From Candidatus Thorarchaeota archaeon (lineage in GTDB: Archaea; Asgardarchaeota; Thorarchaeia; Thorarchaeales; Thorarchaeaceae), in NCBI GenBank assembly GCA_003345595.1, contig PRDI01000040.1, positions 1 through 39,292 on the forward strand: a stretch of 39,292 bases of DNA, in the 5' to 3' direction. Under the pieces are notes generated by a model that was given only the letters and a program-made list of their open reading frames with translations, was not told the origin of the DNA and searched no databases. Shown in pieces: positions 27,665 through 37,038 of the stretch. Positions within the stretch are counted from its first letter, which is position 1. Every line of letters begins with the position of its first letter. The position numbers and the translations under genes were made by a program.

Positions 27665-27909
27665 CGGGCTCTCCTCTTGACTTGCTCACTCTCCGATGAA
27701 CCGAAAGGTCATAAAAGCTCTTCGACACAAAGAAAACATAACGCAGTCCATCAATCTTGTACAACCTCTAGTTCCGTGTATTCTGTGAGCAACGCAATGA
27801 CTGCTTTGATTCGGAAAGCCAGCTCAGACGCTAGGAATGAATGCTACACAACCTTTTTTGGAGTGTGTTCACCGCTCTTCCGAGTGAGTTCGACTTCGAA
27901 GGGATCGAT

Positions 27910-29742
27910 TTGTGCGGCATAACAGGCATTGTCAGCCTTGGGCGGAACAACATTGGCGAGATACTTGTGAAATGTAGCCGTAAGCTCACATATCGCGGGT
28001 ATGACTCTGTCGGAGTCGCAGCCGTGTTCGAAGGAAAGGTCGAACTAAGGAAGGACGTTGGTACAGTAGATGCAGTTGACAGGTTACTCGGTCTTTCGAT
28101 GATGAAGGGCGACAGGGGGATTGCCCAGCTGAGATGGGCGACCTATGGTCCTCCAACCAAAGTGAACGCACAGCCACACTTTGGATGTGATGAAGCGATC
28201 TACGGCGCGCACAATGGCAACATCCACAACTATGTGGAGTATCGTAGAGAGCTAGTCGAAACCGGCCACAAGGTACGATCCGAGAACGATGGTGAGCTGT
28301 GTGTTCATGCCGTTGACAAGTACTACGAGCAGACTGGCGACATGTTCGAAGCTGTAAGACTGTCGACACGGGACCTCAAGGGAGCATTTTCGTTTGCAGT
28401 AGGTCGTGCTGACGCCAAGGAGATCTACGCGGTCAAGATGGGCTCTTCACTTGTAGCTGGTGTTGGCAACAATGAGACTATCGCATCCAGCGACCTCCCT
28501 TCGGTCCTTCCTGTGACAAGCAATGTGATTTATCTTGCCGATGGAGAGATGCTCAGACTTACTCCTGACACGGTAAAGGTGTACCGTGTGTCAGATGGCA
28601 GAGAGCTCGATCGTCGACCTGAGATTACCACTGTAGACATCCACACAGCTGAGAAGGGAGGATACCCTCACTTCATGCTGAAGGAGATAAACGAACAACC
28701 CAAAGTGGTTCAGGACGTAATGGGTGTTCTTCAGGGAAGCAAGTCTGACAGGTGGCTCAAGCTGCTGGAGGATGCCTCCAAGCTGTACCTCGCTGCATGT
28801 GGCTCCTCATACAATGCAGGAGTATTGGGAGCGTACTACTTCAATCGGCTCGCCGGTGTGCCTCTGGTCACCGCAATCGGCGGGCAGTTCGAACAGATGT
28901 ATGGACATACTCTGAGAGAAGACGACCTATGCTTACTGGTTTCTCAGAGTGGAGAAACGAAGGACATCCTCAACGTGCTCAACCTCGTTAAGCAACAGCA
29001 GACAGGCAGGACGTTAGGAATCGTCAATGTGATTGGTAGTACACTCATGTTCAATGCAGACTCCTATATCCCCATGGCATGTGGATACGAGGTGAGTGTT
29101 CCGGCCACGAAGACCTACTTCTCTCAGACAGTCATCCTAGCCTATCTTGCTACCATGCTCGGAGAGAGAAATGGTAGACTTGACAGGCAAGAGGCTCGCC
29201 GCGTCATTGGCATGCTAAGTGAGCAGCTACCAGCCCTTGCACAAGAAACCATTGATAGAACCGCCATAATCGCAAAGAACTTGGCAAGTACTCTACTTGG
29301 CGTGAAGGATCTCTACTGCCTTGGATATGGGCTCACTGACGGCGTTGCTCGTGAGGGTGCACTCAAGATCAAGGAGATCTGCTATAACCACTGCGAGGGC
29401 ATGTACAGCTCTGAGTTCAAGCATGGGCCGTTGAGTATCGTGACAAAGAACTACCCCGTGATATTCGTCACCACGGCCGAGGACAGCTGGATGGTGATAA
29501 ACCATATCAACGAAGTCAAGTGCAGATTCGGGAGAACAATAATCGTTGGGGAAAAAGAGAACACACTCGAACCCTATGTGGACAATGCAACGGACTACCT
29601 CGTCGTTCCCAAAGCGGACATTCTGCTCAATCCAATGCTCGACGTGATTCCACTCCAGCTTCTGAGCTATTTCCTGTCGGTGAATCTCGGAATCGATCCT
29701 GATCTTCCAAGGAATCTGTCGAAGACACTGACTGTCGATTGA
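27910..29742 (+). CDS. glmS: Glutamine-fructose-6-phosphate transaminase (isomerizing)
   Basis: TTG at 27910 gives the N-terminal nucleophile (M)CGI. Also YRGYDS, RWAT, HNG, SQSGET, ATKT, EGALKIKE, EFKHGP and PRNLSKTLTVD. Confidence 0.93.
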   Translation: MCGITGIVSLGRNNIGEILVKCSRKLTYRGYDSVGVAAVFEGKVELRKDVGTVDAVDRLLGLSMMKGDRGIAQLRWATYGPPTKVNAQPHFGCDEAIYGAHNGNIHNYVEYRRELVETGHKVRSENDGELCVHAVDKYYEQTGDMFEAVRLSTRDLKGAFSFAVGRADAKEIYAVKMGSSLVAGVGNNETIASSDLPSVLPVTSNVIYLADGEMLRLTPDTVKVYRVSDGRELDRRPEITTVDIHTAEKGGYPHFMLKEINEQPKVVQDVMGVLQGSKSDRWLKLLEDASKLYLAACGSSYNAGVLGAYYFNRLAGVPLVTAIGGQFEQMYGHTLREDDLCLLVSQSGETKDILNVLNLVKQQQTGRTLGIVNVIGSTLMFNADSYIPMACGYEVSVPATKTYFSQTVILAYLATMLGERNGRLDRQEARRVIGMLSEQLPALAQETIDRTAIIAKNLASTLLGVKDLYCLGYGLTDGVAREGALKIKEICYNHCEGMYSSEFKHGPLSIVTKNYPVIFVTTAEDSWMVINHINEVKCRFGRTIIVGEKENTLEPYVDNATDYLVVPKADILLNPMLDVIPLQLLSYFLSVNLGIDPDLPRNLSKTLTVD

Positions 29743-30129
29743 TCAATCCTTGTCACCGGTTTCACCGATTCTAATGACGCGTATGGCAGACGAGGTGACG
29801 TTGCCTGATTCAAAGCCCTCTCTCATGTTGACAACCTCTTCATCATCTAGCTTGAGTATCTTGACGAACTCTGTTGAATCAGCGAGAGCCCACTGTCCAT
29901 ACAGACCGAGGTCGTTATCTATCTCACATTCCAAGAGACCTATCGTCCCAGAGCTCGACCACCAACTCAGGCATTTGCCTGCATGACCCAGCTCTGTCAT
30001 CAGCTCCTTCCATAGTTTCTTGAGAGCTGTTGGTCCGTGGCTGTTCCTGAATGTTATCAGGAAGTTGCCATGCTTTCCCTCCAGTTCCTTTCGAATCGCC
30101 TCAGTTTCGATCTTCGTGAATAGTCCCAT
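29743..30129 (-). CDS. Hypothetical protein (128 aa)
   Basis: ORF exactly fills the gap between glmS and the rimK-like gene, abuts the glmS stop, and has protein-like composition. Confidence 0.65.
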   Translation of the reverse strand: MGLFTKIETEAIRKELEGKHGNFLITFRNSHGPTALKKLWKELMTELGHAGKCLSWWSSSGTIGLLECEIDNDLGLYGQWALADSTEFVKILKLDDEEVVNMREGFESGNVTSSAIRVIRIGETGDKD

Positions 30130-30220
30130 GTGTTTCTCGCACTCTCTCAGGATGCCGGACTAAAAAGCGCCGCGTTATGGATAAAAGGAAACCCGTCGTC
30201 CGTGAATAGGGCAGATACGC

Positions 30221-31120
30221 TTGACAAGGCACTCGCAATCGCAGATAGGGCTCTTCTCATCAGATCCCTGGTCAGCACGAGTACGCGATCTCGAGTCGGC
30301 CCTGCATGACCTTGGAGCAAGTGTAATTCGAGTAATCCCATGGAAGGTCGTACGTACAGGCTCGACCGATCGCCATCGGATTGTGACAGGCGACAAGGAC
30401 CTGTCAGAACTCGACCTGTTGCTCGTTCTTGATTTGGGGGCAACAGACATAGGTGCTTTCTTCAACCGCGTGGGGCTTCTCTCTGCACTGACAGAGATGG
30501 GTGTGGAGGTGGTGAACTCAGTCTATTCGATCCTCCAAATGCGAAACAAAGCCGAGACAATGAGGAAACTTGTTACGGCTGGGCTTCCTGTTCCTGAAAC
30601 CTTAATCACTGAGTCCATTGAAGACGCGGCGGAATTCGTGAAGACACACTTTCCCTGCGTTCTCAAGCCGATCACCGGCTTCGGCGGCACAGGCGTTCAG
30701 CTGATCGAGCAGCAATTTGACATCACGAATATCTACGACTACCTGAAATTCCACAGTCAAGTCCACGGCAAAGGCGCATTTCTACTCCAGGATTATATAC
30801 GAAGCCCGGGCTTTGACATACGGGCCCTAGTCGTTGAGGGAGAGGTCATTGCTACAATGCAAAGAGTCGGAGGTCAAGGTATTGCAACGAACATCCACGC
30901 AGGCGGCGTTCCCCAACACAATGATATTGATGTCAACGATTTGGCGATCGCTGCAGCAAAGTCTGTCAGGGGCAGACTCGTAGGTGTAGACATCATCCCA
31001 GATCTGTTGGGCGGACTCTGGGTGCTCGAAGTGAACGCCACACCGGGATGGACCGGTCTTCAGCACGTGACAGACTTCGATATATCAAAAAGAATAGCCG
31101 AAACCTTCTACAAACCATGA
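30221..31120 (+). CDS. RimK family ATP-grasp alpha-L-glutamate ligase (MptN/CofF-like)
   Basis: VVNS...RNK, LPVPET, VLKPITGFGGTGV, LQDYI, DIRALV, TNIHAGG, GVDII and LEVNATPGW. Confidence 0.9.
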   Translation: MTRHSQSQIGLFSSDPWSARVRDLESALHDLGASVIRVIPWKVVRTGSTDRHRIVTGDKDLSELDLLLVLDLGATDIGAFFNRVGLLSALTEMGVEVVNSVYSILQMRNKAETMRKLVTAGLPVPETLITESIEDAAEFVKTHFPCVLKPITGFGGTGVQLIEQQFDITNIYDYLKFHSQVHGKGAFLLQDYIRSPGFDIRALVVEGEVIATMQRVGGQGIATNIHAGGVPQHNDIDVNDLAIAAAKSVRGRLVGVDIIPDLLGGLWVLEVNATPGWTGLQHVTDFDISKRIAETFYKP

Positions 31121-31174
31121 CAGCGCGCGAACCATGGTTGCGAGCAACCTGTGTACCGCGTTTTCATGCATAAA

Positions 31175-31182
31175 CTTAAAAG
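31175..31182 (+). promoter_or_regulatory. Putative TATA box for the coiled-coil gene
   Basis: CTTAAAAG preceded by A-rich CATAAA, about 120 nt upstream of the CDS. Confidence 0.45.
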
Positions 31183-31301
31183 AGGGGCAAACGGGGTCGC
31201 ATCTACCAAATACTCAATGAAGGCCCGAAACGGGCCCAGAGAGCGTGGAATCCGCCCTGCATCGCAGGGCTCGCAAAATCATGTTCTGAGGTTTGTACCA
31301 T

Positions 31302-32351
31302 TTGACAGAAGCCGCCGAAGCAGTTCCAGAAGATCTAGAGTTTCTGCGAGCAAAGTTGAGAGATCTCAAGACACAAGCACGAACCGACCTTGAGCAGCTC
31401 CGCAGAGACCGAGACAAGATGCGAGAGTACAAGACAATCCGTGACGAACACAACAAGGAAGTCCGTTCACTAATCGAGTCGGTGAAGGCAGAGCGCGAAG
31501 AACGTGACAGAATAAACGCTGAGATAATCGAGGCGAAGGACAAGCGTACAGCCATTCATGCTCAGCTCAAGAGTGTTTACGACGAAATAAGGGAACTCCG
31601 GGGCAGAATCGTTGGAAGCCCTTCGACAGACCAACGGAGGATGATGAGAACAGTTGAGGAACTCGAATGGCGACAGCAGACTGAGCAGCTCACAATGGAC
31701 GAAGAGCGACGTATAGTTGAGGAAATAGCCAAAATCGAAGCGCAGCTCGTCAAGATAGGCCAAGAGAAAGAGAAGCAAGATAGGATAAGCGAACTCCGGC
31801 GTTTGGCTAGAAGGTTGAAGGACGAGGCCACCGAGGCACATCAGAAGGTCTTGACGCTTTCAGAGCAGTCTCAAGTTCATCATCAGGAGGTCGTGAGGAT
31901 CAGACCACAGCTTGAGCAGTATAAGAAGTCCGCAGATGCTGCTCATCAGAACTTTGTTGAGTGGCTGAAGAAGGTAAAGGACGGAGAAACAAAACTCAAG
32001 GACCTCAGGACTCAGATCGATGATATCCACAGCAAGATAAGAAAACAGATGGTGGACAAGCGGGAAACTGAAAAGGTAGACAGGAGGGCTCAGCAGAGAG
32101 AACAGGAGAAGGAACGTGCCGACGTAGCCGTCGAGAAGATGCAGTCTGGGAAGAGGCTGACTTTCGATGAGTTCATCCTTGCTCAACGAGTGGTTAGTGA
32201 TGACAAAAAGCGGCCCAGAAGGAAACCGTCAGAGGAGTCTGCAGGAGCACCCGAGAACGTCGACGAAGACGAGGCAGCATTCGAAGAATCTTTGGAAGAG
32301 CCTGATGAAGAGCCGCTGACCGAGGATCATGTCGAAGAAGAGAAGCAGTAG
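31302..32351 (+). CDS. Archaeal coiled-coil protein (COG1340-like) with acidic tail
   Basis: Long heptad E/K/R-rich helix, LEWRQQT...EERRIVEEI, C-terminal GKRLTFDEF and an acidic tail. GAGGT RBS precedes TTG 31302. Confidence 0.85.
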   Translation: MTEAAEAVPEDLEFLRAKLRDLKTQARTDLEQLRRDRDKMREYKTIRDEHNKEVRSLIESVKAEREERDRINAEIIEAKDKRTAIHAQLKSVYDEIRELRGRIVGSPSTDQRRMMRTVEELEWRQQTEQLTMDEERRIVEEIAKIEAQLVKIGQEKEKQDRISELRRLARRLKDEATEAHQKVLTLSEQSQVHHQEVVRIRPQLEQYKKSADAAHQNFVEWLKKVKDGETKLKDLRTQIDDIHSKIRKQMVDKRETEKVDRRAQQREQEKERADVAVEKMQSGKRLTFDEFILAQRVVSDDKKRPRRKPSEESAGAPENVDEDEAAFEESLEEPDEEPLTEDHVEEEKQ

Positions 32352-32431
32352 ACGCCATCCTGTGAGAGGGAGCAGAAACGAATCGCCAGGCGGAGGTGCG
32401 TTGAGCCACGAGTGCCAAAAGTGAGAGACCC

Positions 32432-33682
32432 GTGAGCCGTCACTCCGCTATTACGGTATTCTATTTCCTAGCCCTCGGGTCGGGAGTCATGAGGACGTTC
32501 TCTGTCACTTTTGACATTGTTGCACTCAACACTGTAATGTCGCCCATTACGGTGGAGGATTCCTTGGTGTATGGGTTCATGTCGCAGTGGGTGAGCTTTG
32601 CTGCCACGTTCTTGGTCGTTGCATTTCTCAGTCTGAGGCACACGATTGATGGGAAGCCTAGGGCCATAGGCTACAAAGTGGATCCAGACTTCGGCAGAAT
32701 GAGCATTCTCCCAAAGGAACCCATGAAATACCAGCTGCTGGCGGGTGTGTTTGCAGGAATCTCAACCCTGTCTTACTATGTAATCGCCGGTCAATCAGAT
32801 GCATCCGCAGTATTGCCATTTGGACAGCTAGTGATTGTTTACCTCCTGTTTGCAGACCTCATGGCCGAGAAGGACACGCCGACAATCATAGAAATCCAGT
32901 GCATAACTTCGATACTATTGGGCGTTCTCCTCGTCGGGGTTTCTCCGGGCGGCTTTGACCCAATCGCGTTGCTCATAGTTCTGGTACCGCTGAATCTCGC
33001 ATCTGCTTTCTTCACATACTTTCAGAAGAAGACCAAACGATACGCAATAAGACCGGGACTTAGAGTTGACTCCCTCAACATGCGTCTCTGGTCTCTTTTG
33101 TTCCTCAACATTACGTTCAGTCTGCCGGCGGCACTGATGATAACGCCGACGGGATGGGCAGAGATGGTTCAGACCTTTGTACCCTTGCTCTGGATGATGG
33201 TAGGCTCCTCACTGACCGCATTCTTTTCCTTGGTCATGTATGTTCGGGCATTGGGAAGGGGCTCCATGGCGGTCGTGAATTCGCTCTCTTCCATATCTGT
33301 GGTTCTGGGAATCCCAGTCACTCTTATTGGCAACTTCTTTCTTCCCGGCGGGTTTGGCAGCATCACCTCTGATACGTTTCTCTGGACCTTGAAAGTCTTT
33401 GGCGTTATTCTTGTCATGATAGGTGTCTTTGCTCTCCAAGGTTCCGATGTCAGATCAATAATGCTACTCAGGGTCAAGCCCCAGACTGGAGATCTGCTCC
33501 CGCTTCTTTATGAGATAAAAGGAGTGGAGAGCGCATCTGCACTTGCCGGTGGCATAGACTATCTGTTGAGCGTCAAGTCCAGAAGCTTGGCTAAAACGAG
33601 AACACAGATACTCAAACGAGTTCAACGGGTGCCGGGTGTGGCAAGCATTCACACGCTGATAGTGCTGAGAGAGTATAGGTAG
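32432..33682 (+). CDS. DMT/EamA-like ~10-TM membrane protein fused to a C-terminal Lrp/AsnC ligand-binding (RAM) domain
   Basis: Two 5-TM-like halves (YYVIAGQSDASAV / YVRALGRGSMAVV), then SIMLLRVKP...IKGVESASALAGGIDYLLSV...VQRVPGVASIHTLIV. Confidence 0.78.
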   Translation: MSRHSAITVFYFLALGSGVMRTFSVTFDIVALNTVMSPITVEDSLVYGFMSQWVSFAATFLVVAFLSLRHTIDGKPRAIGYKVDPDFGRMSILPKEPMKYQLLAGVFAGISTLSYYVIAGQSDASAVLPFGQLVIVYLLFADLMAEKDTPTIIEIQCITSILLGVLLVGVSPGGFDPIALLIVLVPLNLASAFFTYFQKKTKRYAIRPGLRVDSLNMRLWSLLFLNITFSLPAALMITPTGWAEMVQTFVPLLWMMVGSSLTAFFSLVMYVRALGRGSMAVVNSLSSISVVLGIPVTLIGNFFLPGGFGSITSDTFLWTLKVFGVILVMIGVFALQGSDVRSIMLLRVKPQTGDLLPLLYEIKGVESASALAGGIDYLLSVKSRSLAKTRTQILKRVQRVPGVASIHTLIVLREYR

Positions 33683-33723
33683 GGATAAGAAGCAATGAAG
33701 TTCGACTCGCGTGAGGTGGAACA

Positions 33724-33978
33724 ATGGTAGGTCAGATAACCGCGTACGTGCTCATGAAAATCGACATTGGTAGCACAGAGGACGTCGTCGACAAGCTCAG
33801 GCTCATAGAGAAAGCGAACAAGATAGCTGTCACAACAGGGGAGTTCGATGTGATCGTGAGGCTGGAAGTGGACAGCCTTGAGGAGCTATACGACATCACT
33901 GTCCGCAAAATACACAGCATCCGTGGGATTAGGGAAACCACTACTGCCGTTGTTGAGAAGATGGTCACCACACCTTAG
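33724..33978 (+). CDS. Stand-alone Lrp/AsnC ligand-binding (RAM) domain protein, no HTH
   Basis: TAYVLMKI...VTTGEFDVIVRLEVDSLEEL...IHSIRGIRETTTAVV. GAGGTG RBS upstream. Confidence 0.9.
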   Translation: MVGQITAYVLMKIDIGSTEDVVDKLRLIEKANKIAVTTGEFDVIVRLEVDSLEELYDITVRKIHSIRGIRETTTAVVEKMVTTP

Positions 33979-34076
33979 AGAATCCTTATATCGGTTCTAT
34001 CATTGCGCCGAGCGCCGGGGCATTCCACTGACTGGCATGTCTTGCGGCGCAAAGGAGTCTCATCGGAGTGATATGA

Positions 34077-35018
34077 TTGGACGAGGTTGTTCTGACAGGC
34101 CTGACCAAGAACTTCGGCGAGCTTGTTGCTGTAAGCGAAGTGAACCTTGAGGTCCCTGAGGGAACCATCTTCGGGCTTCTTGGTCCAAACGGTGCAGGCA
34201 AGAGTACGACTATTAGGCTACTGTGTACTTTGCTTAGACCCAGCGACGGGACTGCGACTGTGGCAGGGTATGATATCATCCAGAACCCTGTAGATGTGCG
34301 CCAAATCACAGGCGTTCTGCCAGAGGAGGGCAATCATACACTATACCCTTCCATGACTGGATATGAGAATCTGCAGTATTTTGCCAGACTGTACGGAGTA
34401 CCCGAAGAGGAGATCGATGGTCGGATAGAAGAGCTCCTCACTTTCATGGAGCTTTGGGATAGGAGAGATGACAAGGCAGGACAACTGAGCACCGGCAATA
34501 GGCAACGGCTTGCTCTCTGCAGGGCACTTCTCCACAAGCCAAAGGTCTTGCTGTTGGATGAGCCCACTTCGGCTCTCGATCCCGTGGCTGCTAAAAGGGT
34601 CCGGGAGTTAATACTGAATTTCGCCAAGAAGTACAAGCAGACCTTCTTCATCAACTCGCACAATCTTGCGGAAGTCCAGAGAATATGCGACAGCATTGCT
34701 ATCATCGATGAAGGAAAGATTGTTCTGACTGGCAAGACCACAGAACTGCGCGAGAAGTTGCATGGACTCCAAGAGTATGAAATAAGAGTGACTGGAGGAG
34801 TGAGCAAGGCGGAGTCAGTCCTTAAGACAGTGGATTACGTGGAGATCCAGAGGGCCGAAATTGACACGATCGTCGTGCGCATTCGCGATCCCATGCAGAA
34901 CAACTCCAAGCTGATGAGGAAGCTGTTGGATGCAGGTATCAACATCGTGGAGTTCTCAGAAGAAGAGGCGACGTTGGAAGATCTCTATCTCCAGACAATC
35001 AAGGGGGGTGCAAAGTGA
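34077..35018 (+). CDS. ABC transporter ATP-binding protein (ABC-2 exporter type)
   Basis: Walker A GPNGAGKST, signature LSTGNRQR, Walker B LLLDEPT, H-loop SHN and TLEDLYL. Confidence 0.95.
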   Translation: MDEVVLTGLTKNFGELVAVSEVNLEVPEGTIFGLLGPNGAGKSTTIRLLCTLLRPSDGTATVAGYDIIQNPVDVRQITGVLPEEGNHTLYPSMTGYENLQYFARLYGVPEEEIDGRIEELLTFMELWDRRDDKAGQLSTGNRQRLALCRALLHKPKVLLLDEPTSALDPVAAKRVRELILNFAKKYKQTFFINSHNLAEVQRICDSIAIIDEGKIVLTGKTTELREKLHGLQEYEIRVTGGVSKAESVLKTVDYVEIQRAEIDTIVVRIRDPMQNNSKLMRKLLDAGINIVEFSEEEATLEDLYLQTIKGGAK

Positions 35019-35779
35019 TGGCACGGAGCAAACCTATGCTTGTCGCGATGGCAGACCTCAGGATGGCGATGCAGGTCAGGTATGTGAAGCTTGGGATAGT
35101 AGGCATGGGCGCCCTAGGGCCGCTTATGGCCATAATCATGATTTCAGTATTCGTCATATTTCCGACAACCGAAGAAGAAACAAGCTTGATCTTGGGAATC
35201 ATGATCCCTATGGCAGGGACACTACTTGCCGTTTTCTCAGTCATCCCAGCTACGCTTATCGCCGCCAACTCTTTGGTGGGTGAGCGTGAACAAGACACGC
35301 TTGAGCCACTTCTGTGCACTCCCCTTACCGATCGAGAGTTGCTCTGGGGCAAGACTCTGAGTTCGCTGATTCCTAGTTTGACTATCCTCTTGGCAGGAAC
35401 CGCGGTTGTCATGATAGTTACCAACGTCATTTTCGTTCTGTACGGGCGGCCCATGATGCTAGTGCCGGACCTCGCGGGGCTGTTTCTCATCCTGACCGCA
35501 GGTCCAGCGATTATACTGACAGCGGTGTCCATTAACATCTTGATTAGCGGCAAGGTCAAGAGAGTGTACGAAGCGTACCAGACTTCCGGGGCGATAATCC
35601 TTGTCCTCATGATTCCAATGTTTGCGCCAATCATAGGGATGGAATCAGGTATACCGAACACGAGCATGGTGTGGACTGTGAACATCGTGACCACCCTGAT
35701 CGCCGCAACCCTCATGATTGTCACATGGAGCCTCGCAGTCAAACGATTCAACCGTGACAGAATGATATCTCTCAGGTGA
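35015..35779 (+). CDS. ABC transporter permease
   Basis: GEREQDTLEPLLCTP...ELLWGK, 6 TM helices, and a GTGA overlap with the ATPase stop. Confidence 0.92.
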   Translation: MMARSKPMLVAMADLRMAMQVRYVKLGIVGMGALGPLMAIIMISVFVIFPTTEEETSLILGIMIPMAGTLLAVFSVIPATLIAANSLVGEREQDTLEPLLCTPLTDRELLWGKTLSSLIPSLTILLAGTAVVMIVTNVIFVLYGRPMMLVPDLAGLFLILTAGPAIILTAVSINILISGKVKRVYEAYQTSGAIILVLMIPMFAPIIGMESGIPNTSMVWTVNIVTTLIAATLMIVTWSLAVKRFNRDRMISLR

Positions 35780-35860
35780 AGCGGCAACCAGACCGCCGCC
35801 TCCTCTTTTCATTCGTTCGCCCCGTGTTTCAGGGGTTGTGCTGCGCAGTGCTTGCGTCAC

Positions 35861-36388
35861 TCAGTCACGAATCTTCCTGAGACCTGTCGGGTACCTCACT
35901 GCAAGGTCCCTGTATATCGCCTTGAATCTTGACAACTCCTCCTTGTGACGCTGTTGAACATCGCCGATGACCTTTGCTGGAATGCCCACCGCAATCTTCT
36001 CATCTGGCACCTCGAAGCTTTGTGTCACTACTGCGCCTTCGCCAACAACCGCCCAGCGGCCAATGACAGCATAGTCAGAAACAATCGCGCCCATGCCTAT
36101 GACTGCCTCGTCCCTGACCGTGGCATTATGAATAACACAGCCATGTCCCAGTGTGACGTTCTTGCCGATGGCAGTCTTTTCTCCGGGCCTGGCATGCACG
36201 ACTACATTGTCTTGGACACTGGTCCCTTCGCCTATTGACACTTCTCCGTAGTCGCCCTTGACGACAGCGCCTGGCGCAACGTAGCACTGGTTGCCAATCT
36301 GAACCTTCCCGATTACCGAAGCTGAGTGACTGATGTAAGTTCTCTCACCGATTGTTGGGACTCTGCCTTCGAATTCGTATACCGTCAT
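35861..36388 (-). CDS. Gamma-class carbonic anhydrase family (hexapeptide-repeat) protein
   Basis: VKGDYG, VQDNVVVH and GHGCVIH (three Zn-binding His), plus GIPAK. Confidence 0.92.
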   Translation of the reverse strand: MTVYEFEGRVPTIGERTYISHSASVIGKVQIGNQCYVAPGAVVKGDYGEVSIGEGTSVQDNVVVHARPGEKTAIGKNVTLGHGCVIHNATVRDEAVIGMGAIVSDYAVIGRWAVVGEGAVVTQSFEVPDEKIAVGIPAKVIGDVQQRHKEELSRFKAIYRDLAVRYPTGLRKIRD

Positions 36389-36546
36389 ATGCCATCAAGA
36401 GTATCTAGTTAGGACGGATATTTAGGTTGAGTACCGGCCGGACCTACGAGCAAGGGTTAGTTCAGAGCAATCCACTGTCTGTTCACAGACCCCCGAAACG
36501 TTATATTCGCGAATGGCGATATCTGTGACAGTCCGATTACCAACTA

Positions 36547-36960
36547 ATGGGGTCGTGGATTATGCCAGCTCGACCGCGAAAAGAGAACAAGGTGCCAGTG
36601 TTCCCGATTCTTCGTGGGGAAGCAGTGGGCAAGACCGGGGAGTTCATTGGTCATGTCGTGATTGTGTCTTCTCCGAAGGACCTGAAACGAAAATGGCTGC
36701 CTGACCATATCGCCGTTCTGGATCAAAGCCTCGAACGTCACTTCAAGGCGAATCCTAAATATCTGGACGACCTTTTTGTCAAAGTCAAGGCTGTGGTTGC
36801 AGAGTTCGGAGAATCAATCGGTGAATTCGCTGCCTCTGCCTATGCGCACGACGCAGTAGGTATGGTAAAAATCGCGGACGCCACCAAGGTACTGGAGAAT
36901 GGCATGCACATACGTGTGCGGGCTTCAGAGAACCTCGGCGAGATCTTCTTCATCGACTGA
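36547..36960 (+). CDS. Stand-alone PEP-utiliser mobile (swivelling) domain-like protein lacking the phospho-His
   Basis: LRGEAVG..GEFIGHVVIVSSPKDL, KAVVAEFG and ADATKVLENGMHIRV match the fold. The GGxTSHAA motif is replaced by GESIGEFAA. Confidence 0.6.
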   Translation: MGSWIMPARPRKENKVPVFPILRGEAVGKTGEFIGHVVIVSSPKDLKRKWLPDHIAVLDQSLERHFKANPKYLDDLFVKVKAVVAEFGESIGEFAASAYAHDAVGMVKIADATKVLENGMHIRVRASENLGEIFFID

Positions 36961-37038
36961 CGAAGACTGCGAGCCCCGACTGTCGCCGGTCAGTTTCAGG
37001 ATGAGTGTGTTCCACTCAAGCAGATAGCGAAAGCCTTT

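Noticed and set aside
27841-27909. 23-aa N-terminal extension of GlmS, or a glmS ribozyme in the leader
   Set aside because: GlmS requires Cys at position 2, so TTG 27910 is the start. I see no glmS-ribozyme core sequence, and that RNA is bacterial.
31213-31243. Resemblance to a hammerhead ribozyme (ATGA-GGCCC-GAAA-GGGCC)
   Set aside because: It lacks the CUGANGA core and the GAAA after stem II.
31118-31393. TGA read-through of the rimK-like gene into the in-frame 31151..31393 ORF, using the ATGA..AAA..GA hairpin as a SECIS
   Set aside because: The RimK domain is complete at the stop, the extension is low-complexity and overlaps the next gene, and the stem is too short for a canonical SECIS.
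31302-32351. Coiled-coil protein as an SMC, ESCRT or cytoskeletal eukaryotic-signature protein
   Set aside because: It has no Walker motifs or Snf7 features and matches the widespread archaeal COG1340 pattern.
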